Part shown: positions 1 to 9,201 of the stretch, one piece after another | Layout: every line of letters begins with the position of its first letter | Numbering within the stretch: the first letter of the stretch is position 1 | Notes under the pieces: model-generated | Told to the model about the DNA's origin: nothing | Databases searched by the model: none | What the model saw: the letters and a program-made list of their open reading frames with translations, nothing else | Translations under genes and position numbers: made by a program | Origin: Alphaproteobacteria bacterium | GTDB taxonomy: Bacteria > Pseudomonadota > Alphaproteobacteria > JBMOFM01 | Length of the DNA: 64,000 nt | Reading direction: 5' to 3' | Assembly: GCA_049318825.1 (NCBI GenBank) | Contig: JBMOFM010000013.1 | Span: 21,847-85,846, forward strand

Positions 1-1263
1 ATCCAATAACATTTTTACCGCTCTGGGGTTTAACAGGGTAGGGTTGTTGGCTGTATTGGTGGCTAATCTTTCCAGTAAATTTACCAAATTAGCGGGTTGT
101 AGGTGCAAAAAGGCAATTTGTTTGCCAAAATCCTCGGATGGTTCTTCGTAATGGCAAACACCCTTAATATCAAAATCACGAGAGGTGTTGGTGAGTTCTT
201 TTAACAGACTATCTGGTGTAAATTTTGTGGGTAAATCGCAACCTGCGACAACAGCCCGTTGGTAAAACTCTATAAAATTATCCCCGTAAGTGGGCATAAA
301 TTCTGCGATGTAACCACCACGACCCAATGTTGCGGATAAATCCTCAAATAATTGCTGAGTAAAACCATGATTATGGGGAAATGAAATGCCAGCAGCGAGC
401 AATTGATTGAGTGATACAATAGCCCCACCGCTGTAATCTTCTTCATATTCAGAATTATTATCACCGATTAATAAATCTATTGTGGAATAGAGTAAATCTG
501 AAAATTGTGGATTTGATTCTATAACAGCAGTAATAACACCAGAATTTACAAGTTGCTCGATAGTTCCTTCATATGGTTTTAGACGTGAATACACAGAATT
601 TTCTGCTATATATTCAGCAAAAATATCGGGCAAGGCGCGTGAAAAATTAACTAATAAATTAATATCTTTCTCGTTGCCTTGCAGTAAAATAGCGGCATTG
701 GTAGAAAATAATTGCTGTAAGGCTGCAGTGGTTGATTGTTCTTGAAAATCGTAATCAGGGTCTTTGAGTAAAAAAACTAGCATCTGCCGCATGGAAATGG
801 CCGCCATGATAGCTATCTGGCTTGCTTCATGGGGGGTATTTTCTGCAGCTTTTTCGTGGTGCAAGCGCGTGTTAAATTCTTGAACAATTTTTTCACCGAT
901 CAAGCCAAGGCCAGACCATTCTGTGCTATTGGTTGGGGTATTATTAATAATATCCTGCCATAGGGGGGCTAAGGCAAGCGTAACAGTTGTTGCCATGTGA
1001 AATTCTTTATCATGTTCCGATTGTACATGATTCATGGAGGGGTGGCAGGCGGCCACCAACGCATGGCCAATAATTTCATGTTCTTTAGCAAAGCCTTTTA
1101 ATACGGCAATCGGTTTTTCTAATAAATTGATTGGTTGCGTGATGTCGGATAGTGTTTCACGCATCAAACCATAAGCAACCGCGCCAATCAGCGAAAGTTG
1201 TCGGCTTCTAGCCCACATATCAGCAACAGGCACAAAGGCTTTGGGATCAGAACCTTCGTCCAT
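1..1263 (-). CDS. hypothetical protein (partial; C-terminus beyond left edge). Start ATG at 1263-1261, open frame >420 codons to position 1.
   Basis: Manual translation of minus strand from 'atggacgaaggttctgatcc' (rc of 1244-1263) gives an uninterrupted reading frame to the window edge (MDEGSDPKAFVPVADMWARSRQLSLIGAVAYGLMRE...). It is absent from the ORF track only because no stop lies in the window. No recognisable family. Confidence 0.5.
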   Translation of the reverse strand, partial: MDEGSDPKAFVPVADMWARSRQLSLIGAVAYGLMRETLSDITQPINLLEKPIAVLKGFAKEHEIIGHALVAACHPSMNHVQSEHDKEFHMATTVTLALAPLWQDIINNTPTNSTEWSGLGLIGEKIVQEFNTRLHHEKAAENTPHEASQIAIMAAISMRQMLVFLLKDPDYDFQEQSTTAALQQLFSTNAAILLQGNEKDINLLVNFSRALPDIFAEYIAENSVYSRLKPYEGTIEQLVNSGVITAVIESNPQFSDLLYSTIDLLIGDNNSEYEEDYSGGAIVSLNQLLAAGISFPHNHGFTQQLFEDLSATLGRGGYIAEFMPTYGDNFIEFYQRAVVAGCDLPTKFTPDSLLKELTNTSRDFDIKGVCHYEEPSEDFGKQIAFLHLQPANLVNLLERLATNTANNPTLLNPRAVKMLLD

Positions 1264-1462
1264 CTGTTGTTGAAGGGGTGTGTTGGATATCGGCAATCGC
1301 TTTGTCGTCGGTGCCAACACCATGCCACAAACGGGAATGCAAGAAACCAGAATGAAGAGAACTCATTCGCTTAAAAAACCTATGATAAACAATAAGCTCT
1401 CATTATATATAAATTTTTACTAAAAACAATTTTTAATATCGGTATAGATATTATCCTTACCC

Positions 1463-2206
1463 TTAGAAGGGTAGGATAATATCCATCAATTGTTGGCCAT
1501 AGCGGGGTTGTTGTACGTCTGAAATTTGGCCTCTACCGCCGTAAGAAATTCTAGCCTCTGCAATTTTTTCATAAGAAATCGTATTATCGGGGCTAATATC
1601 TTCAGGCCGCACCACGCCAGTGACCAGCAATTCGCGCACTTCAAAATTCACGCGTACTTCTTGGCGGCCTTGGATCAACAAATTACCATTAGGCAGTACC
1701 TGAGAAATAAGGGCAGCGACTTGTAGTTTTATGCTTTCATTGCGGGTGATTTTGCCCGTGCCTTTGCTTTTGGAATCGCTGCTGGTATCAAGCAATTTAG
1801 AAGCATCCACCGCATTGGGTAGAATATTGGCCAGTTTGGTTTCAAAACCCAACACATTGGGTACGCCAGTGCTTTCAGCATTGGTGCGGCCGCGTTCTGT
1901 TTGGTTATTGATGGTGGCATTATCATTAATTTCTATGGTAACGGTGAGCACATCGCCCACGCGGGTGGCGCGTTGATCCTTAAAAAAAGACCGCGCCCCA
2001 GATTGCCAGAGAGAATTTTGTTGCCTGATTTCCGGCTGATAATTGGGCATGGGTAGGCTTACCTGTTTAATTCCCGTTCCCAGTTTTTCACGATTAATAT
2101 CGCTTAAATCGGGTTCTTTCCCAATATTTTGTAGCCTGTCTAAACTGTTACAAGCTGGCAATAGCAATAGGCTGCAAAATATTAAATGGGTGGAAATTTT
2201 TTTCAT
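1463..2206 (-). CDS. flgH: flagellar L-ring lipoprotein FlgH
   Basis: 247 aa; lipoprotein signal peptide with lipobox LLLPAC; FlgH-like sequence throughout; lies in flgG-flgA-flgH operon order. Confidence 0.85.
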   Translation of the reverse strand: MKKISTHLIFCSLLLLPACNSLDRLQNIGKEPDLSDINREKLGTGIKQVSLPMPNYQPEIRQQNSLWQSGARSFFKDQRATRVGDVLTVTIEINDNATINNQTERGRTNAESTGVPNVLGFETKLANILPNAVDASKLLDTSSDSKSKGTGKITRNESIKLQVAALISQVLPNGNLLIQGRQEVRVNFEVRELLVTGVVRPEDISPDNTISYEKIAEARISYGGRGQISDVQQPRYGQQLMDIILPF

Positions 2207-2232
2207 GGAATTTGCCCTGTTACTTATTTGTT

Positions 2233-3207
2233 TTATCTTGCTAACGCAAGATTTGTGCCAACTCTATTTTTAACCTGTGATGGTGGATAAACTCTCAAGG
2301 TTTGTGGGGCAATAATTTCACCTTCTATGACGCGGTTACTCATGGGATTAACGGCGCGAATATAATCGCCCACCGCGCCTTCCTGAATGGCCTTACCAGT
2401 GGCGGTGATGCTCATGACATCCGATTCCAGCACCATGGTAACGGTTTCACCACGTTTTACGGCAACGGGCATCATCATTTCTGGGGCAGCCAAGGCCACA
2501 TTCGGGCGTAGATAGGTGCGTGCTTTCATGCCCACCATTTTTTTATCGTCTAATATGGCATTGGCGGGTAGGCGGTCGCGGCGAATTTCTTGCCAACCGA
2601 TCGAAGATGCTTGAATAATATCGCCCGTGCCTACCCCTTGTAGCAATATCGGCACTTTTACCATATCCACCAATTTACCCGATATGCGGGCAATGGTGCG
2701 GGGTTTATCTAAGCCTTCATTGGCATCCACCCGAAAACTTAGCCGTTGTTGTTCTGTATTATATTGTACATCATTCAAGCTGAGGCTGGCCTCGATGGTG
2801 GTTGCCATATTATTGGGGGTGACATCGGCAATAAATTGCCTTTTTAAGCCGTCCAGAGGAAGCTGATCGGTGATTTTTTTTAAGGCCATATCGGTGATTT
2901 CACTCATGGTAATGGGCCGGCTTTTTCGCGTAATGGTGATGTCTTCATTATTATTAGCGGTAAGCCCATAAGAACTGGCAATGTTTGCCATATGATCGGC
3001 CGTGAAATGTTGGCTTTCTCCCGGCAGGGGGGCTGCGGCCACTATTTTATCTTGGGTTGGGTTAACTAAAGGAAACAGATCAGATAATTGAATAACGGGT
3101 TTAATAATTTCTATATCTCTAGCGGCAGCACTGGGGTGGTGAATGGTGAATAATAAGATTGTTAAACAAGTCACGCGGCTGATTTTTTTGCTGTTGATGC
3201 TCTGCAT
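2233..3207 (-). CDS. flgA: flagellar basal-body P-ring formation protein FlgA (SAF-domain chaperone)
   Basis: Signal peptide; C-terminal SAF/FlgA motif ...GETVTMVLESDVMSITATGKAIQEGAVGDYIRAVNPMSNRVIEGEI; position between flgG and flgH as in Caulobacter flgF-flgG-flgA-flgH. Confidence 0.7.
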   Translation of the reverse strand: MQSINSKKISRVTCLTILLFTIHHPSAAARDIEIIKPVIQLSDLFPLVNPTQDKIVAAAPLPGESQHFTADHMANIASSYGLTANNNEDITITRKSRPITMSEITDMALKKITDQLPLDGLKRQFIADVTPNNMATTIEASLSLNDVQYNTEQQRLSFRVDANEGLDKPRTIARISGKLVDMVKVPILLQGVGTGDIIQASSIGWQEIRRDRLPANAILDDKKMVGMKARTYLRPNVALAAPEMMMPVAVKRGETVTMVLESDVMSITATGKAIQEGAVGDYIRAVNPMSNRVIEGEIIAPQTLRVYPPSQVKNRVGTNLALAR

Positions 3208-3240
3208 GCTATATTTTCCTTATGCTAGATAAATTGTTGA

Positions 3241-4047
3241 TTATCGTAACTGGCTTGTTGTACCCATCATTTCATCGCTGGTTTTAATAACTTTGGAATT
3301 CATTTCATAAGCCCGTTGGGCGGTAATAAGGTTAGTAATTTCATTCACAACATTCACGTTGGAAGATTCCAGCGCGCCTTGTAAAATTGTACCAACACCA
3401 CTTTGGCCGGCGGTGCCTGTTACTGGTTGCCCAGAGGCAGAAGTGGCGGTGAATAAATTATCGCCAATGGCTTCTAAGCCAGCAGGGTTTTGGAATGTAA
3501 CCATTTGAAATTGGCCTGCCGCTTGTTCAGCAGTTTGCCCAGCCAATTTTACAAATACCTCCCCCGCATCATTAATGGTAACCGCTGTTGCTTCTTGCGA
3601 AATAGGAGAAGGCCCCACCACTGGATAACCTTGCGGCGTTACAATAGAGCCGATATTGGCCGGCGCGCCACTTACTTGAAAGGAACCAGCTCTGGTGTAG
3701 GCGGTTGTGCCATCGGGCATGGTTACTTGAAAAAAACCATTGCCTTTAATCGCAACATCCATGGGGTTTTCGGTCATTTGCATCGCCCCTTGCTCATTGA
3801 TGCGATACACGCCGCCAGCTTTTACACCAGCCCCAAGCTGTACCCCAGAAGGCAAAGTTGTGCCAATTTCTGAAGATTGCGCGCCGGGGCGTTTTTGATT
3901 ATCATATAATAAATCTTGAAATTCCGCGCGCTGGCGCTTGAAACCTGTGGTGGTCATGTTAGCAATATTGTTGGAAATAACTTCCACATTTAATTGCTGC
4001 GCCAACATGCCAGTAGCACCAATACTTAAAGAACGCATATTTCCCAC
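3241..4047 (-). CDS. flgG: flagellar basal-body distal rod protein FlgG
   Basis: 268 aa; N-terminus MGNMRSLSIGATGMLAQQLNVEVISNNIANMTTTGFKRQRAEFQDLLY and C-terminal rod-protein motif (ITAQRAYEMNSKVIKTSDEM) typical of FlgG. Confidence 0.9.
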   Translation of the reverse strand: MGNMRSLSIGATGMLAQQLNVEVISNNIANMTTTGFKRQRAEFQDLLYDNQKRPGAQSSEIGTTLPSGVQLGAGVKAGGVYRINEQGAMQMTENPMDVAIKGNGFFQVTMPDGTTAYTRAGSFQVSGAPANIGSIVTPQGYPVVGPSPISQEATAVTINDAGEVFVKLAGQTAEQAAGQFQMVTFQNPAGLEAIGDNLFTATSASGQPVTGTAGQSGVGTILQGALESSNVNVVNEITNLITAQRAYEMNSKVIKTSDEMMGTTSQLR

Positions 4048-4076
4048 CCTTTACATGTCTATTGGTGGGGTATGTA

Positions 4077-4093
4077 TGCATAAACCGTGCCAA
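4077..4093 (-). promoter_or_regulatory. sigma-54 (RpoN) -24/-12 promoter for flgG-flgA-flgH operon
   Basis: Minus-strand sequence TTGGCACGGTTTATGCA matches TGGCACG-N4-TTGCA with one mismatch. The -12 GC lies about 30 nt upstream of the flgG ATG. The sigma-54 activator FlbD is encoded in the same window. Confidence 0.55.
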
Positions 4094-4125
4094 AAATACT
4101 GGCCAACCTTCAATAGAAGGAGCTT

Positions 4126-4758
4126 TTAGGGAATACCCATTAATTTGTGGGTTTGCAGGCTAATGCGCCAAGGTGGGTTGTTAAGGCAATAGGCCACTGC
4201 TTGATTGGTATTATCAATACGGCATTCATTATCCATGGGCTGCAGGAAAAAATGTTGAAAATCAAGGGTTGCAAATTCTTCAGGTTCTAGGCCTGTTTGT
4301 GGATAAACCAGCTTTAATTCCTGCCCCGTTTTTTGTACCAATTTAGCTCCAGCCTTGGGGCTAATACATAGCCAATCGATTCCTGCTGGCGCTGTAATGG
4401 TACCGTTGCTTTCTACGGCTATAGAAAAGCCTTGTTGTTTGATGGCGGTGATTAAGGCTTCATCGAGCTGTAATAATGGCTCACCGCCTGTAAATACCAC
4501 CAGCCTGTGCGCTGTGCCATTCCCCCAACAATGGGCGATGGTTGCGGCTAAGGCTTCAGCACTGGCAAATTTTCCACCATTTTCACCATTTATTCCCACA
4601 AAATCAGTATCGCAAAAACGGCAAATGGCGGTGGCGCGGTCACGCTCTAGGCCGCTCCATAAATTGCAGCCAGAAAACCGACAAAAAACGGCAGCTTTTC
4701 CCGCTTGCCCCCCTTCGCCTTGCAAGGTTTTGAAAATTTCTTTTACGGTATAAGTCAT
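4126..4758 (-). CDS. queE: 7-carboxy-7-deazaguanine synthase QueE (radical SAM)
   Basis: 210 aa; N-terminal motif FKTLQGEGGQAGKAAVFCRFSGCNLWSG typical of QueE; overlaps queD by 4 bp (operon). Confidence 0.85.
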   Translation of the reverse strand: MTYTVKEIFKTLQGEGGQAGKAAVFCRFSGCNLWSGLERDRATAICRFCDTDFVGINGENGGKFASAEALAATIAHCWGNGTAHRLVVFTGGEPLLQLDEALITAIKQQGFSIAVESNGTITAPAGIDWLCISPKAGAKLVQKTGQELKLVYPQTGLEPEEFATLDFQHFFLQPMDNECRIDNTNQAVAYCLNNPPWRISLQTHKLMGIP

Positions 4759-5285
4759 AAATCATTGATACTCATATCAGGGCGATTCCACCAATAATCA
4801 CCAGTAATTTGGTGAAACCATTGATGGTGCGCGGGGGCTTTTAAGCGTATGTGATTGGTGGGTGTTTCTTCAATTAATATTTCTTGGCAGGTTAAACCAA
4901 TGGCGGCTTTTGCTAAAAAAGCATTGATTTTGGCATGAAAACACGCCGCTAAGCATTCGGTGGTGGGATCACCGGGGGTTATCAGTAAACGCTGGCAACG
5001 CTGGGGCTCATGCGTGGTAAACCATTGAATAAGTGGATCAAATTGCGATAATTGCAGGGCGTGATCCACATGATGATCTATCCATTCATGCCACCGTGAT
5101 TTTAACATTGAAAATTCGGCAAACATGTTGCTTTTAGCATCTAGGGAAAAATCAGCAGGTGTTTCTAAAGAGATGGTCACCAATTCATTATGGCCATGTG
5201 GGGTAGCGCATTTTTCTGAAAAGCCAGAAATCAGCCGATGTGCCATAGAATAGCGGCGGGTGAATTGATAGGTAAACATAGGCAT
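4755..5285 (-). CDS. queD: 6-carboxy-5,6,7,8-tetrahydropterin synthase QueD-like (PTPS family)
   Basis: CxxxHGH zinc motif (CATPHGHNE) preceded by AHRL; coupled to queE. Longer than the classical 120-aa QueD. Confidence 0.65.
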   Translation of the reverse strand: MPMFTYQFTRRYSMAHRLISGFSEKCATPHGHNELVTISLETPADFSLDAKSNMFAEFSMLKSRWHEWIDHHVDHALQLSQFDPLIQWFTTHEPQRCQRLLITPGDPTTECLAACFHAKINAFLAKAAIGLTCQEILIEETPTNHIRLKAPAHHQWFHQITGDYWWNRPDMSINDL

Positions 5286-5435
5286 ATTCTAAGAGAAAAT
5301 AAGTAATAAATCCATGCGACAGCTTTGGGCTATAACCCAACTAAAACCGCTAGGCAATTTTTGCCTAGCTTTAAGGGCTTCTTTACTTAAAGGGGCGAAT
5401 AATGAAAGCTTGAAATAAAGTGAAGAGTTGTCACC

Positions 5436-7136
5436 TTGAATGCATTTTTTCAAACACTAAAAAATCTTGGAGCTGCACGCCTTGCCATTATTGGTTTGGT
5501 AACCGTTGGCTTGTTGGGCTTTTTTCTATTTGTGATGCTCAACGCCTCTACGGGGGATATGGCTATTTTATACCGCGATCTTAACACGGCAGATTCAGCA
5601 GCCATTGTTCAAAAGTTAGAAGAAAAGAAAATTCCCTACAACATTAGCGATGATAGCGCTAGAATAAGCGTGGCCGCTAAAGAAGTAGGGCGTATTCGCA
5701 TGGTATTGGCGCAGGATGGTTTGCCATCTGGCGGTTCTATTGGGTATGAAATTTTTGATAAGGGCAACCAATTGGGGGCCACCAGTTTTGTCCAGAATAT
5801 TAATCAAATACGGGCATTAGAAGGAGAATTGGCTAGAACCATTGCAACCCTAACCTCTGTAAAAAATGCCCGTATTCATTTGGTATTGCCTAAACGTGAG
5901 CTATTCTCGCGGGAGGCATCGCCCGCATCGGCCAGTGTTTTTTTACAACTCAAAGGCTCATCGGAGCTGAGCAAGGAAAATGTGCTGGCTATTCAGCAAT
6001 TGGTGGCGGCGGCAGTGCCCCAACTGAAACCATCGGCCGTTTCAGTGATTGATTCTCGCGGTAATTTATTGGCAAAAGCAAGGGATGAAAATGAAGCCGG
6101 CTTTGCGATGCAAAATGCCGAAGAAATGCGCCGGTCTTTTGAAGGCCGAATGAGTGCTCAAATAGAAGATTTATTAAGTAAAAGCCTTGGTTATGGCAAG
6201 GTGCGTGTCACTGTGGCCGCTGATTTAGATTTTGACCGCGTGCAAACCAACACTGAAAGCTATGATCCCGATCAACAGGTGGTGCGTTCTACTCAAACCT
6301 CTGGCGAAGATAATAAAAATAAAGAAGGGGCAGATAAGGCCGTATCGGTGGGTAATGCATTACCCGGCGGCGCGCAAGGGAATGGCCAGGAAGATGCGAT
6401 ACAATCCACACAAAGCCGTAAAGAAGAAACCACCAATTATGAAATCGGTAAAACCGTTAAAACACAATTGCGCGAGGGTGGGCAGGTTAAGCGTTTAGCC
6501 GTGGCCGTATTGGTGGATGGTATTACCACCAAAAAAGAGGATGGCAAAGAAGAATATGCCCCGCGCAGCGAAACTGAATTAAAGCAACTCAATACCTTGG
6601 TGCGCCAAGCCATGGGCTATAATAGTGAACGCGGCGATACGGTAGAAGTGGTGAATATGCGTTTTGCCGATAGTATGGCTGCCGATCAAGGAGAAAGCGG
6701 TCAAAAAGAAATTTTCATGGGCATGAACAAGGAAGATGTTATGAAAATAGCCCAAAGCCTGATGGTGGCTTTGGTGGCAATCATGGTGTTGTTGATGGTG
6801 GTGCGCCCCGTATTGATGCGGGTGTTGCAGGTGTCGTCTGGTCAGGCAGGCATTCCCATGAGTGATGATGACCGTGTGTTATTAGAACAAGCCATGAATC
6901 CAGCCGCAGCGTTAATGGCTCCTCATTCTTCCCATTCTTCTAATAGCGTGACTCAAGCTTTAGCTGATGCTGCGGGACAACCAGAAAATGAATTAGAACG
7001 GATGATTTCAATTAATCAGATTGAAGGTCAGGTACGGGCATCGTCGTTGCGTAAAATTGGCGATATGGTTGAAAGGCATCCTCAAGAAACCGCCAATATT
7101 ATTAGAAGTTGGATGTATCAAGAGCAGGCAAATTAA
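5436..7136 (+). CDS. fliF: flagellar M-ring protein FliF
   Basis: 566 aa; N-terminal TM helix, FliF/YscJ domain, second TM near C-terminus (IAQSLMVALVAIMVLLMVV); first gene of fliF-fliG-flbE-fliN-flbD arrangement. Confidence 0.9.
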   Translation: MNAFFQTLKNLGAARLAIIGLVTVGLLGFFLFVMLNASTGDMAILYRDLNTADSAAIVQKLEEKKIPYNISDDSARISVAAKEVGRIRMVLAQDGLPSGGSIGYEIFDKGNQLGATSFVQNINQIRALEGELARTIATLTSVKNARIHLVLPKRELFSREASPASASVFLQLKGSSELSKENVLAIQQLVAAAVPQLKPSAVSVIDSRGNLLAKARDENEAGFAMQNAEEMRRSFEGRMSAQIEDLLSKSLGYGKVRVTVAADLDFDRVQTNTESYDPDQQVVRSTQTSGEDNKNKEGADKAVSVGNALPGGAQGNGQEDAIQSTQSRKEETTNYEIGKTVKTQLREGGQVKRLAVAVLVDGITTKKEDGKEEYAPRSETELKQLNTLVRQAMGYNSERGDTVEVVNMRFADSMAADQGESGQKEIFMGMNKEDVMKIAQSLMVALVAIMVLLMVVRPVLMRVLQVSSGQAGIPMSDDDRVLLEQAMNPAAALMAPHSSHSSNSVTQALADAAGQPENELERMISINQIEGQVRASSLRKIGDMVERHPQETANIIRSWMYQEQAN

Positions 7137-7164
7137 GGACTATTGTTGAATATAAGAGGTAATC

Positions 7165-8181
7165 ATGCGGTTGCGTGAAGATTTTAGATCGTTAAATGGC
7201 ACTGAGAAAGCGGCAATTTTTATGTTGTCATTGAATGAGGATCAGGCTGCCAAAATTTTTGAGCAAATGCATGAAGAGGAAATAAAAGAGCTTTCGCAAA
7301 TTATGGCTAATCTAGGCACGGTAAGCTCTGGCGTGGTGGAACGCTTATTCGTTGAATTTGCGGATCAGATGTCCAAAACCGGCAATTTGGTGGGTACTTA
7401 TGAAAGTACCGAGCGATTGCTGTTAAAGGTGATGGATAAAAACAAAGTGGCCGGCATTATGGAAGAAATGCGCGGGCCAGCTGGTCGTACCATGTGGGAT
7501 AAATTGGGCAATGTGAATGAGAATGTGCTGGCGAATTATCTGAAAAATGAATACCCCCAAACCGTGGCCGTGGTGCTTTCTAAAATTAGACCCGACCATG
7601 GAGCAAGGGTATTGCAAATATTGCCCGATACTTTTGCCATGGAAGTGGTGATGCGGATGTTACGCATGGAAACCGTGCCCAAAGAAATTTTGGAGGATGT
7701 GGAAAAGGTGCTGCGCAATGAATTTATGACCAACCTAGCCCGCACCGCTAAACGCGATTCTCATGAAATGATGGCGGAAATATTTAATAATCTTGATCGG
7801 GCGATTGAGGGGCGGTTTATGTCGTCTTTAGAAGAGCGTAATCGTGATTCGGCTGAAAAAATCAAGAGCTTGATGTTTACCTTTGAAGATTTGAATAAAC
7901 TCGACCCCACTGGCATACAAACATTAATGCGCAGTATTGATAAAGAAAAAATGCCCTTGGCACTAAAAGGCGCCAGCGATGCCCTCAAGGATTTATTTTT
8001 CAGCAATATGTCTGAGCGTGCTTGTAAAATTTTGAAAGATGAAATGGCTTCTTTGGGGCCAGTGCGCCTGCGGGATGTGGAAGAGGCGCAGCAAATGATG
8101 GTAACTGTGGCCAAGGATCTTTCTGCCAGAGGAGAGTTGGTATTAGCGGATGGTAAGGGAGATGATGAGCTGGTTTACTAA
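7165..8181 (+). CDS. fliG: flagellar motor switch protein FliG
   Basis: 338 aa; FliG middle and C-terminal domains recognisable ([25 protein letters not shown]...; charged C-terminal helix region). Confidence 0.9.
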   Translation: MRLREDFRSLNGTEKAAIFMLSLNEDQAAKIFEQMHEEEIKELSQIMANLGTVSSGVVERLFVEFADQMSKTGNLVGTYESTERLLLKVMDKNKVAGIMEEMRGPAGRTMWDKLGNVNENVLANYLKNEYPQTVAVVLSKIRPDHGARVLQILPDTFAMEVVMRMLRMETVPKEILEDVEKVLRNEFMTNLARTAKRDSHEMMAEIFNNLDRAIEGRFMSSLEERNRDSAEKIKSLMFTFEDLNKLDPTGIQTLMRSIDKEKMPLALKGASDALKDLFFSNMSERACKILKDEMASLGPVRLRDVEEAQQMMVTVAKDLSARGELVLADGKGDDELVY

Positions 8182-8220
8182 AAATTTTGAGGTGTATGAG
8201 AGATTGTAGGGGTAAAATCA

Positions 8221-8841
8221 TTGAGTGGTATTAAGCTTTTTGAGTTTTCAGAATTTAATGAACGGCCAGTGGTGGAGCCTGAACCTGAGCCGATAGATGA
8301 GCGTGCCCTACCACAATATAATGATTATCAGATGGAAGAAGCAACCCGCCATGCTTTTGAACAAGGCACAATAGAAGGGGTAAAGCAAGCAGAAGAAGGG
8401 CTGGCCAGAATAGCTGCCGATTTAGCCAATAACGCCGTGCAACAATTACAGTTTTTATTGGAGGCGGAAGATAAAAGAGATGAAAAAGCCGAGAAAGAAG
8501 CGATAAAATTGGCCGTGTTATTAGCTAAGCATTTGGTGCCGCAACTGATGAGCCGTCACCCCATGGAAGAAATTGACAATATATTGGGTCAGGTTTTGGC
8601 ATTAAGGGTAGAAGAACCGCGCATTACATTAAAGGTTCACCCCATGATGGTAGAAGAAGTAAAAAGCCGTTTTACGGTTCTGGCTGAACAAGCCGGCTTT
8701 AGCGGTAAATATTTAGTATTGGCAGAAGCCGGCTTACAGCCGCCAGATATAAAAGCAGAATGGCAAAGTGGTGGAATGGAGCGGTTGATTAATCAATTAT
8801 GGGATCAGGCAAAAGATTTATGCCTGCGGGCAGTAGAATAG
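8221..8841 (+). CDS. FliH/FlbE-like flagellar assembly protein (TTG start)
   Basis: 206 aa acidic coiled-coil protein between fliG and fliN, the position occupied by flbE (fliH-like) in the Caulobacter fliF operon. Assignment is by context plus weak FliH-like character. Confidence 0.5.
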   Translation: MSGIKLFEFSEFNERPVVEPEPEPIDERALPQYNDYQMEEATRHAFEQGTIEGVKQAEEGLARIAADLANNAVQQLQFLLEAEDKRDEKAEKEAIKLAVLLAKHLVPQLMSRHPMEEIDNILGQVLALRVEEPRITLKVHPMMVEEVKSRFTVLAEQAGFSGKYLVLAEAGLQPPDIKAEWQSGGMERLINQLWDQAKDLCLRAVE

Positions 8842-8859
8842 AAAAAGGGGATAGATAAA

Positions 8860-9192
8860 ATGGCGAGTGATTTTAATTTGCATGAGCTGGAAGGTGGCAT
8901 GCAAGGCGGTGATAGCGGTGGCGGCGGTAATGGTATATTACAGCAGCGTGACCTTGATGCGATTTATGATATTCCCGTGCAAATATCGGCGGTGTTGGGT
9001 AAATCCAGCATGCAGGTAAGCCAGTTGCTGAAATTGGGGCGCGGTGCAGTGGTGGAGCTAGACCGCAAAGTAGGGGAGGCGATTGATATTTATGTGAATA
9101 ATCGCTTGGTTGCCCGCGGTGAGGTGGTGGTGGTTGAAGATCGCCTTGGGGTGACCATGACTGAAATTGTAAAATCTGATCGTACAAGCTAG
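8860..9192 (+). CDS. fliN: flagellar motor switch protein FliN
   Basis: 110 aa; C-terminal SpoA motif VGEAIDIYVNNRLVARGEVVVVEDRLGVTMTEI; good RBS (AAAGGGGA) upstream. Confidence 0.85.
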   Translation: MASDFNLHELEGGMQGGDSGGGGNGILQQRDLDAIYDIPVQISAVLGKSSMQVSQLLKLGRGAVVELDRKVGEAIDIYVNNRLVARGEVVVVEDRLGVTMTEIVKSDRTS

Positions 9193-9201
9193 AGGCATCT
9201 C

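Noticed and set aside
1526-2273. Track ORFs 1526-1726(+), 1729-1926(-), 1731-1976(+), 2043-2273(+) inside or opposite flgH.
   Set aside because: They are antisense or out-of-frame to a well-supported flgH gene and have no features of their own. They are typical shadow ORFs.
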